From assembly GCF_036321535.1 (NCBI RefSeq), contig NC_087436.1:89778001-89842000 (forward strand): 64,000 nt of DNA, written 5' to 3'. The position numbers and the translations under genes were made by a program. The notes beneath the pieces are model-generated. The model was not told where the DNA came from, did no database searches, and saw only the letters and a list, made by a program, of their open reading frames with translations. This document shows positions 25,347-38,358 of this stretch, piece by piece. How positions within the stretch are numbered: position 1 is the first letter of the stretch; every line of letters begins with the position of its first letter. This stretch comes from Camelus dromedarius. Lineage: Eukaryota.

Positions 25347-28300
25347 AAATTCATTAACTCTACTTTTATTCTGCATAGCATCTACATATCCATTCATAGA
25401 ACTATATTTTTGCCCCCACTGAGTTCTTTAATCCCTTTCTGCCTTTTGAAGACAACGAAGAGAAAAGGCTGGTAGGTGTTTACTAACACAGGGCTGGTTT
25501 TGACCCTCCCTTTCGTTCATTCCTGTATATCCAAGTAATCAGTATGTTCTTTTCCTTTGCCTCCTAGTCTCTCAGATTGCACCTTTCCTTGTCATCTCCT
25601 CTGCACCGTGCAGGTCTCATCCTCATTAACTCACACCTCACTAGGGCACTAGCCACTCTACTAACTTCCTGACACAATCCTGCTTTCCCCTCTCCACCTG
25701 CACACATTTCCTCCAGCAGGCTCCAGCCTCTGGAGCATGATTTTTTTTACCGTGATGCACACTGGTTCAAGAATCTATACTCATTCCCACCATCTTCTGC
25801 AAATTTAACCAAACCAAAAAAATTACTAATCATTCGAAAAAAGAATTCAGTGTCTTAAGGGAACAAATGTGAAGACGTTTCCTTGTCACACAACCCACAG
25901 AAACTACACTATGGTAATACTGTAAATTGTCATAAAGGCATATGGTAGGTGGCAGTTCCCAAGCAGAGTATTTTCTTATTTTGCAGAAGGAGGGGGTTAG
26001 CATTCATATCTAACAGATAGCAGTAACATCAATGTTTTACAAAACACCATTGAAGAAAAGCTAACCTGCGAAAATCATTTTTAAAATGTCTACTGTTAAA
26101 GTCTATTAAACAGCTCACCCATTTTTTAAATCTCCTCAGGAATTGTTACGAGCCATAGTCCAGGTGGTGTCGTGACAAGGCCCACACAAAGCCGGTTCGT
26201 CTCCACCTTAGTGACTTTGTGCGCTGCGCTCTCAGCAAAGAACATCTCCCATTTCCTCTTCACTGATTTTTGCCCATGACCACCATGATTTAGGTCAGAA
26301 TCCCCCTCTCCCAAAAAACCTTTCTTAACCACCTCCATTTTAGGCTGTGATGTTCTTATTTTAGAACCATAGTAGATATGCAAATTTTTTATTCTTTCAT
26401 CTAAAGATTATATCCTTTTATATATCAAACTTGTTTTTCTGATTAAAATGTAAGCTTCTTTTTCAGGTGTGGCATTTCTGATTCTTTTACTTGCTAAACT
26501 CTTGCTGTTTATGTTCATGTCTTTGGAATGAGTTACTAGTTGTAATATCTTTATGTGAAACTTTGCTCATATATTATTCGTTTGTATCTACAAATATAAG
26601 ATATCCTTCTGGCTGCTACAGTGAGTAAGCATGCTGTCAATATTCGTGGATACATTCGAAATGGACAGTAGCAGCCGAGTGAGTCAACAGCTGACAGTGA
26701 CAGTATGGCAACAGACACCTCAGTACTTTCGTACAAATGAACATTACTCCTGACAGCTTATGCATGACTCAAGAAAACAACTTGCAATGTACTACAAATG
26801 AGAGAAGGGACTAAAGGGCTTTCACTAGGGACTTTGTAATGTTGAATAAGCTATGGGACAGTATATGCATTTATCATATGTATAACATAAACTACGTAAA
26901 TTTAAGTATCAAGGAATTCAAGTATTTAAGAATGAAACATACTAAAATTTTAACATTTGGTAATTCTGAGTGATGGAAATACAGAGGATTGTTTTGTCCT
27001 TTGTACATTTGTATAGATTCATATTTTTCACAAAAATGGAGATGGCAATAACAATTCTGCATAATTTACAGGATTGTTTGTGAGATCAATAACAGTTTAT
27101 ACCTTGATGCCATTTTATTTGAATCTCATAGATCATCTTGCTTTGAATCTATATTTTCTAAGCAGCTTTCTGATTATAATTGCCTGCCTGAGTGACCTTA
27201 GTGTGCTGCTTTGCATGAGTTCTAGTTTCCATTTTAACTAATATGTTAGCATTTTGTTATGCACATTGCTTCCCGTGCACTTGGGTGGTATGCATCTGAT
27301 CCAGACAGATCCATACTTGATGTACTTAATTTTTTTTCATCTTTCTGAGTCTGTAAGGGTGGGGGTCAGAATCTAAAGCAATTTCTCAAAGTGTGGTCAA
27401 AGGACAACCTGCAGCAGAATCATTTGGGTGAGGGTCCTGCATTTAGGTCTGGTGACCAAGGATCTTCACGCATGAATCCTAAGCATCTGTACCCCATATT
27501 TATGTGAAGGAACATTGTCCCTAGACCACTGAGTTAATGCAGCCTTCTAAGTTGTCTTACCATAGGTGTCAGGCTTCTCTTGGTAACACCTCAATCTTAG
27601 CAAATTCCTTTTCATTGCAACTACATTAAAACTTACTAATCTATGGACAAATTGGTGGAAAATTTCCTCTACAATTTATTATCAAATATTAAAAATAGAA
27701 AGCTCTTCCATTAAGAGCATAATTCTATAATTATAAATCACAATTTTATAGGGAATACTTCATTCCTTATTAATTTATATTTTTTATGCTTAAGCAAATC
27801 TAAATCTAAATCTAAAATCCATGCAAGTCAATATATTCACTGTACAACTCTATTCTCTTTATTCAGTGAATAATTTCACAGAAGATATGCAGAGGATCCA
27901 TTAACATTTCTGGTTTTTTTTTAAGAGGGGAGACAATAAAATGAAGATTAATAACCTAAGGTTTAAAACACATACAACTTTGCCTCCATAGTTTGGATTT
28001 TATATATTTATCAAGACATTGGTTTAAATTTATCTCTTCGCTGAAAATGAGTTAGCACAATGTAAAACTGTAAATTAAAAAAAATATTTTTAAAGGAATA
28101 TTATTCCAGGTATGTTCTGTGGAGGATGAGTGATCGCTCTACACTCTGAAAGAGGATATTTAAGGTTTCATTTTGACTAATACGTGAGAAACAGTCAGCA
28201 TCGCTCTTTGTTCTCAGTGTCTTGTCTCCTCGATGTTTTGTGCTGAAAGGGCAGCATAGATAAAAACCATGATGGAAGCTCTTCTCAGAAATATTCTGCT

Positions 28301-28994
28301 ACTGTGCTTGTATACATAGTCCTTTTTTGCTGAAGAACAGACCTTAAATAATTTTAAGTAGAGTGGAGATCTAGGAGATTTATTTCTATAAGAGTAATAA
28401 ATGAGGTAATTTTATTAATAATAGAATATAGATCATGGATGTTTGACTGTAAAAAATCTTTTCATAGAGATATAAAATAGCATCATTATTATAGTTTACA
28501 TCAAGTGCATTCTCTTTTTGTTCAAAATAATCTTAGCTCAGTGCCCACGCCACTCTGATTTCCATGTTGTTTTGCGTTCCTTATTATAAATAATTGAATG
28601 CCACTAAAACTTCTGACTTCAGTCCTTAAAGGAAAATATTTCCTTCTTAAAGTCATGGTGGGATTTTAAAATATTTTATGTAAGTATAAATTACCCTTTG
28701 TGGTGGAATCTAAACGTTTCACTCTCTACTTTAAGTCCACGTTTAGAAGGCATCACTTTTTTTCTCAATGAAATTGATGTACGTCACTGTTTAGAGGAGA
28801 CAAGTAAAAGTTGTGAGTCTGTCTTCTATATACACAGTCTGTGGGGAAAGGTCGAAGGTAAGAGACTGAAATAGCTGTGCAAATTAAAGAAGAACATAGT
28901 TTGAATGTCCTGTATTACTCACCCTTGGCAGTAACATGAATAGCCAGAAAGAGAGAGAGAGGGAGATACTATATATACCCTATAAAAACATGTA

Positions 28995-29140
28995 CAGTTG
29001 CCCTTGAACAGTGTGGGGGTTGGGAGGTAACCCTCTAAGCAGTCAAAGATTTCTGTATAATTTATAGTTTTTCTATTGAAAATAATCCACATGTAAATGG
29101 ACCCCTGCAGTTCAAACCCATTTTGTTCGAGGGTCAACTG
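28995..29140. mobile_element. Tigger1-derived internally deleted MITE (146 bp)
   Basis: TIRs cagttgcccttgaaca / tgttcgagggtcaactg; TA on both sides. Confidence 0.9.
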
Positions 29141-30157
29141 TATTTACTATCTTTACTCACATATGGATATGCTGTATTTATTTATTTTTCTTGGTGCCTG
29201 CAAACAAGATGAATGTACTTTTGTCCTTGCTGTTGTTGTTGGTTTTTTCCCTCTCCCCTCCTGATTTCTCTGAAATGGAGTTGAGTTCATCATAACTCTC
29301 AGGCTGTGGTGTGCTGTCATCACTGGTCAGTGCACAGTCCCTCACCTTCTATACCCCTTCCACCTTTAGTCCTCTCTCACTTCCTTCTCCCTTTTCCAAA
29401 AGTACTTTCTACAACACGTCTGACATATTTTCCTAACTATATCAAGTGAGCAAAGCTTATTTTCAGTTTGAGTCCAAGTTTATCGAGGAGTTAGAGCAGT
29501 GAACAGCTATGTTTCAAAAGATCATTTATTTGACCACTCTGATGAAACTAACCAGTTGTTAACATCCGATTCAGCATTTACCAGGACCTTCCTCAAGGAA
29601 ATGCAAGGACCACTGTGGGCTGAGAATCTTCCAGACCGTGTTTTAGGCACTTTCCAGAAATTCTTTCATTTAATTTTCACTATCATTACAATTCACTTTG
29701 ACTATCCACATTTTAAAGATGAAAAAAACTGAAGTTCACAACGGTTGAGTAACTTTTTCTAATTTAAAATAGTAAAAGGATGTGCTAACACTGAATCATT
29801 TTATGATAATAAACCCTTTTTGTATGAAAAAATAGCACCTTTAATGCAATAGTAAATGAATTAATATGACACACCCTGTCCTTGATAAGCTTATATTTAC
29901 TATTGGGGAGTGTTTACTATTTGAGGAAAGAAGAACAGTTGTGAACAACTGGAAAATTCAACTCTGACTAATAGTAAAAGCTAAACATCTTATGCAGATT
30001 AATTGAGCTATATGAAGTCGGGAGAGGTGAGAGCAATGTGAAGCATTTTGCAGAGCGCAAATGTACAGACAGCCGTAAATTTGTCAATGAAACCTATGAA
30101 ATCTTCGAAGAGCACAAAAAATATTAGCGAGAAGTAGTTCTGCTTTCTTCTTTGCTT

Positions 30158-30209
30158 TTTGCTTTGCTCAACATGAGCAAAGCATGTTGCTCATGTTGAG
30201 CAAAGCAAA
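30158..30209. repeat. Perfect 23-bp inverted repeat with a 6-nt spacer
   Basis: TTTGCTTTGCTCAACATGAGCAA-agcatg-TTGCTCATGTTGAGCAAAGCAAA. Confidence 0.95.
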
Positions 30210-30859
30210 TACCTGCTGATTGAAGCTCACTTATGCCTAAGTCAATAAAATGGATGGCAGGGCAGCCAGCGAAGCCTTTCCGGTTCACAATGCCAGTTTC
30301 GTAATCAATACCTATAGCGAAAGCTGCAGTGACTGGCCTTGACTATTAAGATGCACTGAAATGAACCATGGAGGTTGTTTTCTGTATCTTTATCCTTTTT
30401 TCTCTCCCTCACATAGCCATGGCCTCATGAAGTGGGTTCATTCACTATCGGTCTGTCTGGACTTAAGCTTTAATAACCATCTAGTTTTTAAAAATTTCTA
30501 TATGGTGATTTACAAAGACAAAAATCTGTGCACTGGGCTCTGTTATAGATAAAATTTAGTCCATTTATAAACTTTCCGACAACAAGCTTCCTACACAACT
30601 TCTGTACATTACTGTGTTTGTATAAGCCTTTGTGAAAAAAAATAATAATATCGGCTTTGCTTTAGAGTTGAGTGAATCACTGGGACAATTTTTATAAAAT
30701 GAGAATATACATTTGTATAAATATATGATTGTTCATATATTAACCTTCACATACATGTTTAAACCCCTGTGGACATGCTTTTATACCATCCCTCTCATCC
30801 ATGTTTTAATTTTAATGGCCCCATGATCTTTGTTAAATTAAAATAATCCTTTTTACAGA

Positions 30860-31080
30860 GGTGCTGAGTATCATACTAGTTTAGAGAAGGAACCTGGCAT
30901 CAGACAAACCTGGGACACAGTCATTTACTAGCTGTGTAGCATACACCATACTATTTGTTTTTTTCACCTGCAAAAAAAAAAAAAAAGGATAATCATAATA
31001 AGAAGTTTATATGTTTTTCTTTTAGGTTTAAAAGGGATAATGCATGTAAAGTCACTCCCCAAAGTACCTGGCATAAGGAA
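30860..31080 (+). mobile_element. MIR SINE
   Basis: 'catttactagctgtgt...taatgcatgtaaagtcac...gtacctggcata'. Confidence 0.7.
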
Positions 31081-31831
31081 ACACTTATGGAAACACATAA
31101 GGAAAAATGATACTTATTAAGGACCTCTGTATTATTTTTCTCATCTATTAAAACCGGGCTTACTCACAACTAATAATCAAGTCACAATTTACAAAGAGAT
31201 GTTTGAAATTGAAAAAACAATTTGGACAACTCAGATCTCACAAGTTGGATATGAAATACAATGAAACTGAAGTACTGCCCCCAAAAAAGTCAATTGCTGT
31301 TTCAATTTACTGGCTGAGACATGGCCTACCTTAGTTAGAATGTAGTTAGACAGATGAAAACTGCGCATTTATAGAACAGTTATCACCTTGGTTCTGTATT
31401 ATTCATTCTCCCTCATTTGTTCTCTACCACATGACATACCTTCAATGCATTTTTAGTTGGATATTTTATTAATTAAAATTTCAATTAATCTAAAGTTCCT
31501 CAGGAAGATTGGAAGCTGCCAAATTTGTTTTTTTTTTTCCTTTGAAAACTACATTGTGCAGTAATATTCATAGCTACACCCACTCTCCAGCAATTTTGAG
31601 TCGTGTGGAATGAGTCATACAGACATATGCATGTGTATTTTTATCTGGCTAGAAAATGTCATGCCCATCGAATTCTCGGTCTTCCAAATACATGCACTTC
31701 TGGGCTTCAGATTTCTTTCTAACACACATGGAGTGCAAGATAGGGACTGCTATTCTGTAATGTATGTAAGTGATATTTTAATTGCCCAATAGAAACTATT
31801 TGGTGCTTTGAAAATGTTCTTTTAATGAAAC

Positions 31832-32181
31832 TGTGAAAATGAATCAAGGAACTCTCATTTAAAATGGAGTCTGGAAGCCCTGAAGGGGGAGCTCTCATGA
31901 TTGTGTCCCTGACCACAGCTAACAGACCCCGCAGGGAGAGAGACTGCCTTCTGACCCAGGGCTGACAAGCTGCCTACTGTCTGCAACCAATGAAGAACCG
32001 TCACAGCGCTCTACAGTTTGCTCCCTCCCTCTATAAAAGCCAGACCCTTGCCTTGGTTCTCTGGACTTGTTTATGGCTCCCCATAGTTTCCTTATCCCAA
32101 ACTGCAAGTTCTCTGCTATTCCTGAAAAAAATTCATTTTGCTGGTAAGATAACTGGCTCTTTTGTTTTTCTAAGGTCAACT
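31832..32181 (+). mobile_element. ERV1-class solo LTR
   Basis: TG start, 'aaaatggagtc' motif, TATA-like 'ctataaaag', U5-like 'cattttgctggtaagataactggc...aggtcaac'. Confidence 0.7.
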
Positions 32182-33049
32182 AAATTTACCGCTGTATTTA
32201 CAATTTTTTTGATAAATTATTTTTATAAAACCTAAAAGAAAAATAAACACAGCTTATTATTTAGAATACAAAATGTGAAGCTGCGTATTAATCAATAGAG
32301 ATCTTTTGATATTTTTGTTTGATTTCACATACATGTTATTATTTTACAGATAGCTTATGTTTGGATTTTTCTAAGAGAGTAGAGTGAAGATTTTGATCAG
32401 ACTGATCAAAAATATTTTTGAATAAGAAAAATTTTGAGATACATTTCCAAATTGTTTAAGGAAAATATCTGCTAATTATCCACTATCCTATTGTGTGCCC
32501 TGTGATAAGTTGGTTTGGCTGTCATATTTCATCAAAGCAACTACTTCTAGGCCAGACTTTATCACTTTTACCTTTTGTAAATAATTATATATTACTGTCT
32601 TTTATTTAAAGTTCTTTTGACATTTCCTTCACCCTGAGATCTCTTCATATCTTGAGAAAATCAAATACTTTGTTTGGTTCAAGACTGTCTCACAGTCCAC
32701 ATTAACCGTAGAGATATTTGAAGCAAACTAATCTGACTGATCTTGCTATACATTCTAATTCCTTAATCATGCTGATAAAAACCAAAAATAAAGATAGATT
32801 GTTTCTTCAGACAGAATATCATCAAAGAATTGTAAGAATAGGCACTGTGCCCCCAAGTTTACACCCGCCACCAACCCTCATCTCTACCACAATCAAGCTC
32901 ATTTGACTCCAGGCCAAAAGCCAAACTTATTTGCATGAGATTCAGATTCCTTTGCATTCCGGCCAGCTGCTACCACCTTTCTAGCCTAGTCCCTAAATCT
33001 CCCACAGGGAAGACTCTTCCTTTCCTCAATACTCACCCCTTCTCAGCTT

Positions 33050-33840
33050 TTGCACATGCACAGTCCTCTGAGGAAAAGAGATGTTAATTCAGCTGGAGTT
33101 GGGATGTGCGACTGGAACGAGGAAAGATGGGGCTGGAAAGATAAATTGAGCCCAAAGTATGAAAGGTTTGACCCTTTGGCTGTCAAATTTGAGTTGCTTT
33201 TTATTAAGCAACAGGAATATATTTATGATGTTTTAGTCAGGATGTGCTGTAGAAAGATCAGTTAGGCAGCAGTATATGAGAAAGCTCAGATGGAATAAAA
33301 AAGTGATGAAAGACTGCATGAGGAGAATGTATTTGAGTGGAAAGGAGGAGGAGGAGTACAATATATTAATAAGAGCAGAAATTCATATCCTGGCTCCCCT
33401 GCTTACCAGCAGTATGGATTTGGACAAGTTATTCAATTGATCTAAGCGTTACCTTATTTTACAAATGAGGATAACAGAGCTACTACTTATAGATTTATAT
33501 GAGGATGAGAATTTAATGAAAGGATACATACAAAGTTTTAGCATAGAGCCTAGCTCATAGTCAGTGCTCAAGAAATATTGCCCATTTCACTATTGTTATT
33601 GCAAAATCAAATGAGTTTGACAGCAGGTTAGCTATGAACGTCAAGACAAAAGAGAGTTGAATTCCTGGAATAAGAATGATATCAACTGAATTTGAGAATG
33701 CAAAAGGCAAAAAAGCTGTAGAGAGGAAGATATTAAACTAATATTTTGTTATAGTGTTAATTTTAAGGGTTGACAAGATGCCCAGGTGGAACTTTCTCAG
33801 TAGTCAGTTAGAGGTGTGGCCCTAGTGTTTAGGAATAAGC
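33050..33840 (-). mobile_element. Degraded L2 fragments with an inserted MIR (+, ~33350-33600)
   Basis: MIR 'ttggacaagttattcaa...aaatgaggataa...cctagctcatagtcagtgctcaagaaatatt'; L2-like flanks. Confidence 0.55.
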
Positions 33841-35319
33841 TGTCAACTCACTATGTTGTATATAGTTAGACTATAATAAGATCTGATCAGATCATTGCAT
33901 TTTTAGTTTTGCTTTTTTATCCAGTGGATAGTTTTCACTAAACTGATCATCATGCTCACACAGGAATCTAAGTGTGTCTTTAATAAAATCTAATCAAAGA
34001 GATAAACCATTTCACAACCAAGACTTTTAGTCTCATGGCTACAGACTCTGAGTCATTTCCTACACTTATATAATCATATCGTATGTTTATTCAGAAGAGG
34101 AATGCAGACATAATTTCGTGCATTTTCATTTGTAGGAAAATGTTTTTGTTATCTTAGGAACACTAAAGATGACTCAGGGAATCTCCCTATAATCAATTCA
34201 GGGAATTTTCCCAATGTTGATGACTCCAAGAATTGAACCCTGCTATTTGGCTTTAGCTGGGTTCTCAGTGGAGATAACATCATTCGTATCTTGGTGATTT
34301 GCCAACACATTGACTGTAACAGTTTTTCTAAAGTGTCCTCTTTTCCTCCACCTCCCCATTCCATTTCATTTACCTGTCTCTCTCAGATGATCACATTTCC
34401 TTTTCCTTTGGAAATTAAGTTTGATTTCTCAGTTCTGCCTATTTTATGTAGAATAATTTGCGTGATCACTCTCATCTTCTTCAATTTCTACCTTGCTTTA
34501 CGATCACTCACTTTAGGATTTTCACCTCTGCCCATTGATAAGGTACATGCTTCTAGAACAGCTCCAAGATCTGGTCCCCTCGTTAAGCTTTTCATTTTAA
34601 CACCGTTGATCTCATTGCTTCTGCTCTTAAACATGTCTGCTCTGTAGTTTCTGAATCATTACACAATGAAATGTTGTATGTCTCATAATAAACAGTAGTA
34701 AATTATTTTCCCCCAAAGATTAAAATGCACAAGATAACTCAATAATGAAGCCACACAAATGAAAAGTTATTCACATTAGCCTTCATCTTTATCCTTAGGA
34801 AAAAAAAAGTGTTTCTTCTTCTCCTTAACATCTTTACTTTTTTATTTTCTATATGCCCCATAAGCTTCTGGTCTTACAATGCATTGTGTTCGATTTATTT
34901 TTATGTTTTCTGTCTTGCTACATAGCAATCACCTTGAAATCTGACTTCCTGTTTCATACATTCTTGTATAAGTATTGATCGTAAGATAAGGATTGGCTGA
35001 AGTATATTTGAAGACTTGTTGTATTAAGACCCCTCTTTTAAAAAGAAAGCTTATAAAAATGAAGGCTTTACACAAGGTAATAGCTGATCTTTTATGTGAA
35101 CAAAAAACACAGCAACTCCCATCAGCAAGGTATTTTCAGGAGTGCCAGGGATAGAGTAATCACTTTATTACGTTCATTATTTTTGTTGAGTCCTGTCATC
35201 TGATTATATATGCCATCTGATTTAATCATTCCCTAAGCACATTCAGATGGGGCTGGGAATTTGCCCCTTGTTCCTATATCCTTCATAGGTTGAACTTTTA
35301 CCATTAAAATAATTTCTCT

Positions 35320-35495
35320 CTGAGGAGAGGGGAGAGGAAGAAATTGCTGTTCAACGAGTATAGAGTTTCAGCCACACAAGATGGAAAAGTCCTAGAGATC
35401 ACACTGTGCTTACAGGTAACGGTACTGTTCCTTGTACTGAAAAATGTGTTAAGAGGGTAGGTCTCATGTTATGTGCTTTTTTACCACAGTAAAAA
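35320..35495 (+). mobile_element. Old L1 (L1MA/MB-type) 3' end
   Basis: 'tatagagtttcag...caagatggaaaagtcctagagatc...taagagggtaggtctcatgttatgtg'; TSD-like aaaataatttctct / agaataacttctct. Confidence 0.8.
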
Positions 35496-35599
35496 AGAAT
35501 AACTTCTCTGAAACATGTGGGCCTTTCAGACTTTACCAATTCCCTCATAAAAAGCAATTGTCCATAGAAGAGAATGCATTCTAGCTTCTGGATGCTATA

Positions 35600-35830
35600 A
35601 TAACGCTGCTCAAAGTGTGGTCCGAGGACAGCTGCTGGCCTCTGAACTATTTTTATGCTTCTGGAATAAGTATAAAAGGTTGAGAGTACGCACTTAGATG
35701 TTTTTACAGAAATATGACATTGCCACATTTAAAAATTTTATTTTACAACAGGATGTTTCTGCAACAGATCAGAGGGAAAAAGAAAGGGGAAATAAAAGGT
35801 CTTTTCTCACAGATAATTTGAGAAGCATTG
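35600..35830. mobile_element. hAT-Charlie family MITE
   Basis: Ends 'gctgctcaaagtgtggtcc' and 'tttgagaagcattg' resemble Charlie TIRs. Confidence 0.6.
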
Positions 35831-36284
35831 CCCTGCAGTGCTTCTCACTGGGGACTTGTTCTTAAGATCCTGTAATGCTAGAACTTGTGGATATAGCTTG
35901 ATATTTGAAGGATTTTTAGTACAAGAAAATGGAAATAATTACTTTCTATAATGGAAAGCATCCTTGTGGAATTCAATGCCCCAGAAGATACCATAAGCTG
36001 AAAACCCAAATAGGTATAAAAGACATGTAAATCATTTTAATCTTGCTGAAAAATTGTACTTTATCCATAGTTGCAGTAAAAGATGGCCAAGAGTTATTTA
36101 CTTTTAGAGCAAATTTTTTTTTATTTTGGAGGGGAGTCAAAGACTCCTTTGAGAATCTGATGAAACAAAATACTTATTCTTCCTGAGAAAAAAGTTTTAA
36201 AGGTGGATATAGACAAACATATGCATTTAATTTGGGGATGTTTGTGGTTTGAGTTGGAGGTAGTCTGATTAAAAGTAATATACA

Positions 36285-36461
36285 GTAAGAGAGTGGATCT
36301 TAAAAATTCTCATCACAAGAAAAAATATATAAATATGTGCAGCAATGTATGTTAATTAGATTTATTGTGGTGATCATTTCATGATAGACACAAGTGGTGA
36401 AGCCTCATGTTGTACATCTGAAACTCATATAAAGGTACATGTTAATTACATTTCAGTTTTA
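36285..36461 (+). mobile_element. Old L1 (L1MA-type) 3' end
   Basis: Perfect 14-bp TSD aaaagtaatataca (36271-36284, 36462-36475) at TT/AAAA; L1MA 3'UTR motifs. Confidence 0.9.
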
Positions 36462-38358
36462 AAAAGTAATATACAAGAAGGCTTTTGGCCTTCATATTTC
36501 TACCCAGTGAGAGTTTGCCTTAATCTTGAACCATAATCACTTTCTCATCATAAAGTGAACACCATGAAACATCCTTTTGGTTCCCGGGGTTTGGTGAGAC
36601 CCAGAGGTTGGTACTTGGGGAACAGGAAACACAAAGATAAGTGGAAAGAAAGCAAGAAGCCCTTGCAAACTGAGAGAAAATGCTACTGCAACAAAAATTC
36701 ATTATTAACAGATACCTTGGAAAGAACTGTCCCCCCTCCATAGCCTCTACTCTTAATTTCTCCCATCCCCACCCATCAGTTAGACCCTCTCTTACATCTG
36801 CATGCAGTACCCTCCCTTCCATACTGCCTCATTTTCGTAGGTGAGCCTTACTCATTTTTTATGATTCAGCATAATAATGATGATAATTATGATGATAATA
36901 ACATAAATAATGGTGATAATTGCTAACGTTCATTGGTTTATTAGGTGGCAGTCTTTATAAACACACACACACACATGCACACATATATGAATGAAACTTA
37001 CTCTTTCAAAGGCCACATAAAAGAGGTACCATTTTACAGATGAAGAAAGTGATGCAGAGAGGTTAATTAATTTGCCCAAGGTAACATGGCTGTTAAGTGG
37101 TAGAAGTAGAGCAGAGATATCACCTTTGCTGTGATTCCTAAGATAGGATCATTTCCTTTCCTGTGTGTTCTCAAAGCAATCAGTGTTAATCATATCATAA
37201 AGCTTATCACAACTGTAGGTTATGGTAGCTTATAGTTCACAGGAGTCTTCTCCAACTAGTCCATGAACTTCAAAGAAGAAAGAGAGTATCTTGTTTATGT
37301 TTTAGGTAGCTCTGTTAGTGAGCTCCAAACAGCTAGTACAGGAGAGGCACTCAATACGTATTTGTTGAATACAAGTACAAATGAATGAATAAATGCTTGG
37401 ATGAACCAATGGATCTCAAAACTAGAGACTGTAAATGATAACAAAAATCTTGTTAGGAAAAGTGACATCCTTGTTTTCCAACTTGACTGATAAAGAATAT
37501 TTCTGTTGTTTATTGAATAACAGAGGAGCAATTTCCTTGACAACTCTGGGCAGATCGTACAATCACGAATTAACAGCAACAATGGAATGAGGGACCATAT
37601 GCTACTGATCTCCATTTCTCTCTTGGTTTCACCTGGAAACACCTACACTGAACATGAAGCTCTATCAAAATAATGATAGTTTTCGAAAGAAAAAAATCCT
37701 GCAGTATCTTGTTTATTAATCCATGTAGTATCAAAAGTCTTGCAGCAGGTTTTCTTGAGATTGACTTGTCAGTCTCATTCAAGTCAATTTAGTTCTAAGT
37801 GACAACCTTGCCTAATGATGTGAATTATGAGTATAGCTTTTCCTCATAAGAACAAATTTTTGCAATGGTCTGTTCACTGACATTCTGCTTTCAATATGTC
37901 CCATCCAACCCTTCACATAGACACCAGATTTCTCTTTCAAGAAGAATGTTTTCACCATTGTACTTCCCTGCTCAAAACCTTCAAGAATTTCTCACCTACA
38001 GGGATCAAGATCAGATTTCTTAGCCTGATGTTCCAGGCATCCAGAGTCAGCCCAATCTTTTGTGCTTCTCTATTTCTGACTCTTCTCTTACATTAACTTT
38101 CTGTTTTGTGCTCTCTGGACACATCGTGCTCGGTCTAATGAGGTACCATGCACAAAGAGCAACACTGAAAAATCCTTCCTCTTCCCTCCGGAATCTCCCT
38201 ATTCTACTCATCTAACAGGCCTAATGAAATGCCATCATTTCTGCTGAGTGCTCCAAATCATGATAATCTTTTCTCTTTTCAGTTTGTGGTATTTATTTTT
38301 AACAACATTTATTTATACTATACAGCATTTGATTTTATACTATCTGTGACATCATTTT

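Noticed and set aside
28096..28109. AG-GAATATTATTCCAG-GTATGT micro-exon
   Set aside because: Upstream sequence is A-rich with no polypyrimidine tract.
32391..32411. 10-bp inverted repeat TTTTGATCAG-A-CTGATCAAAA (a similar 10-bp stem lies near 44960-44982)
   Set aside because: Short stems like this are expected occasionally in 64 kb.
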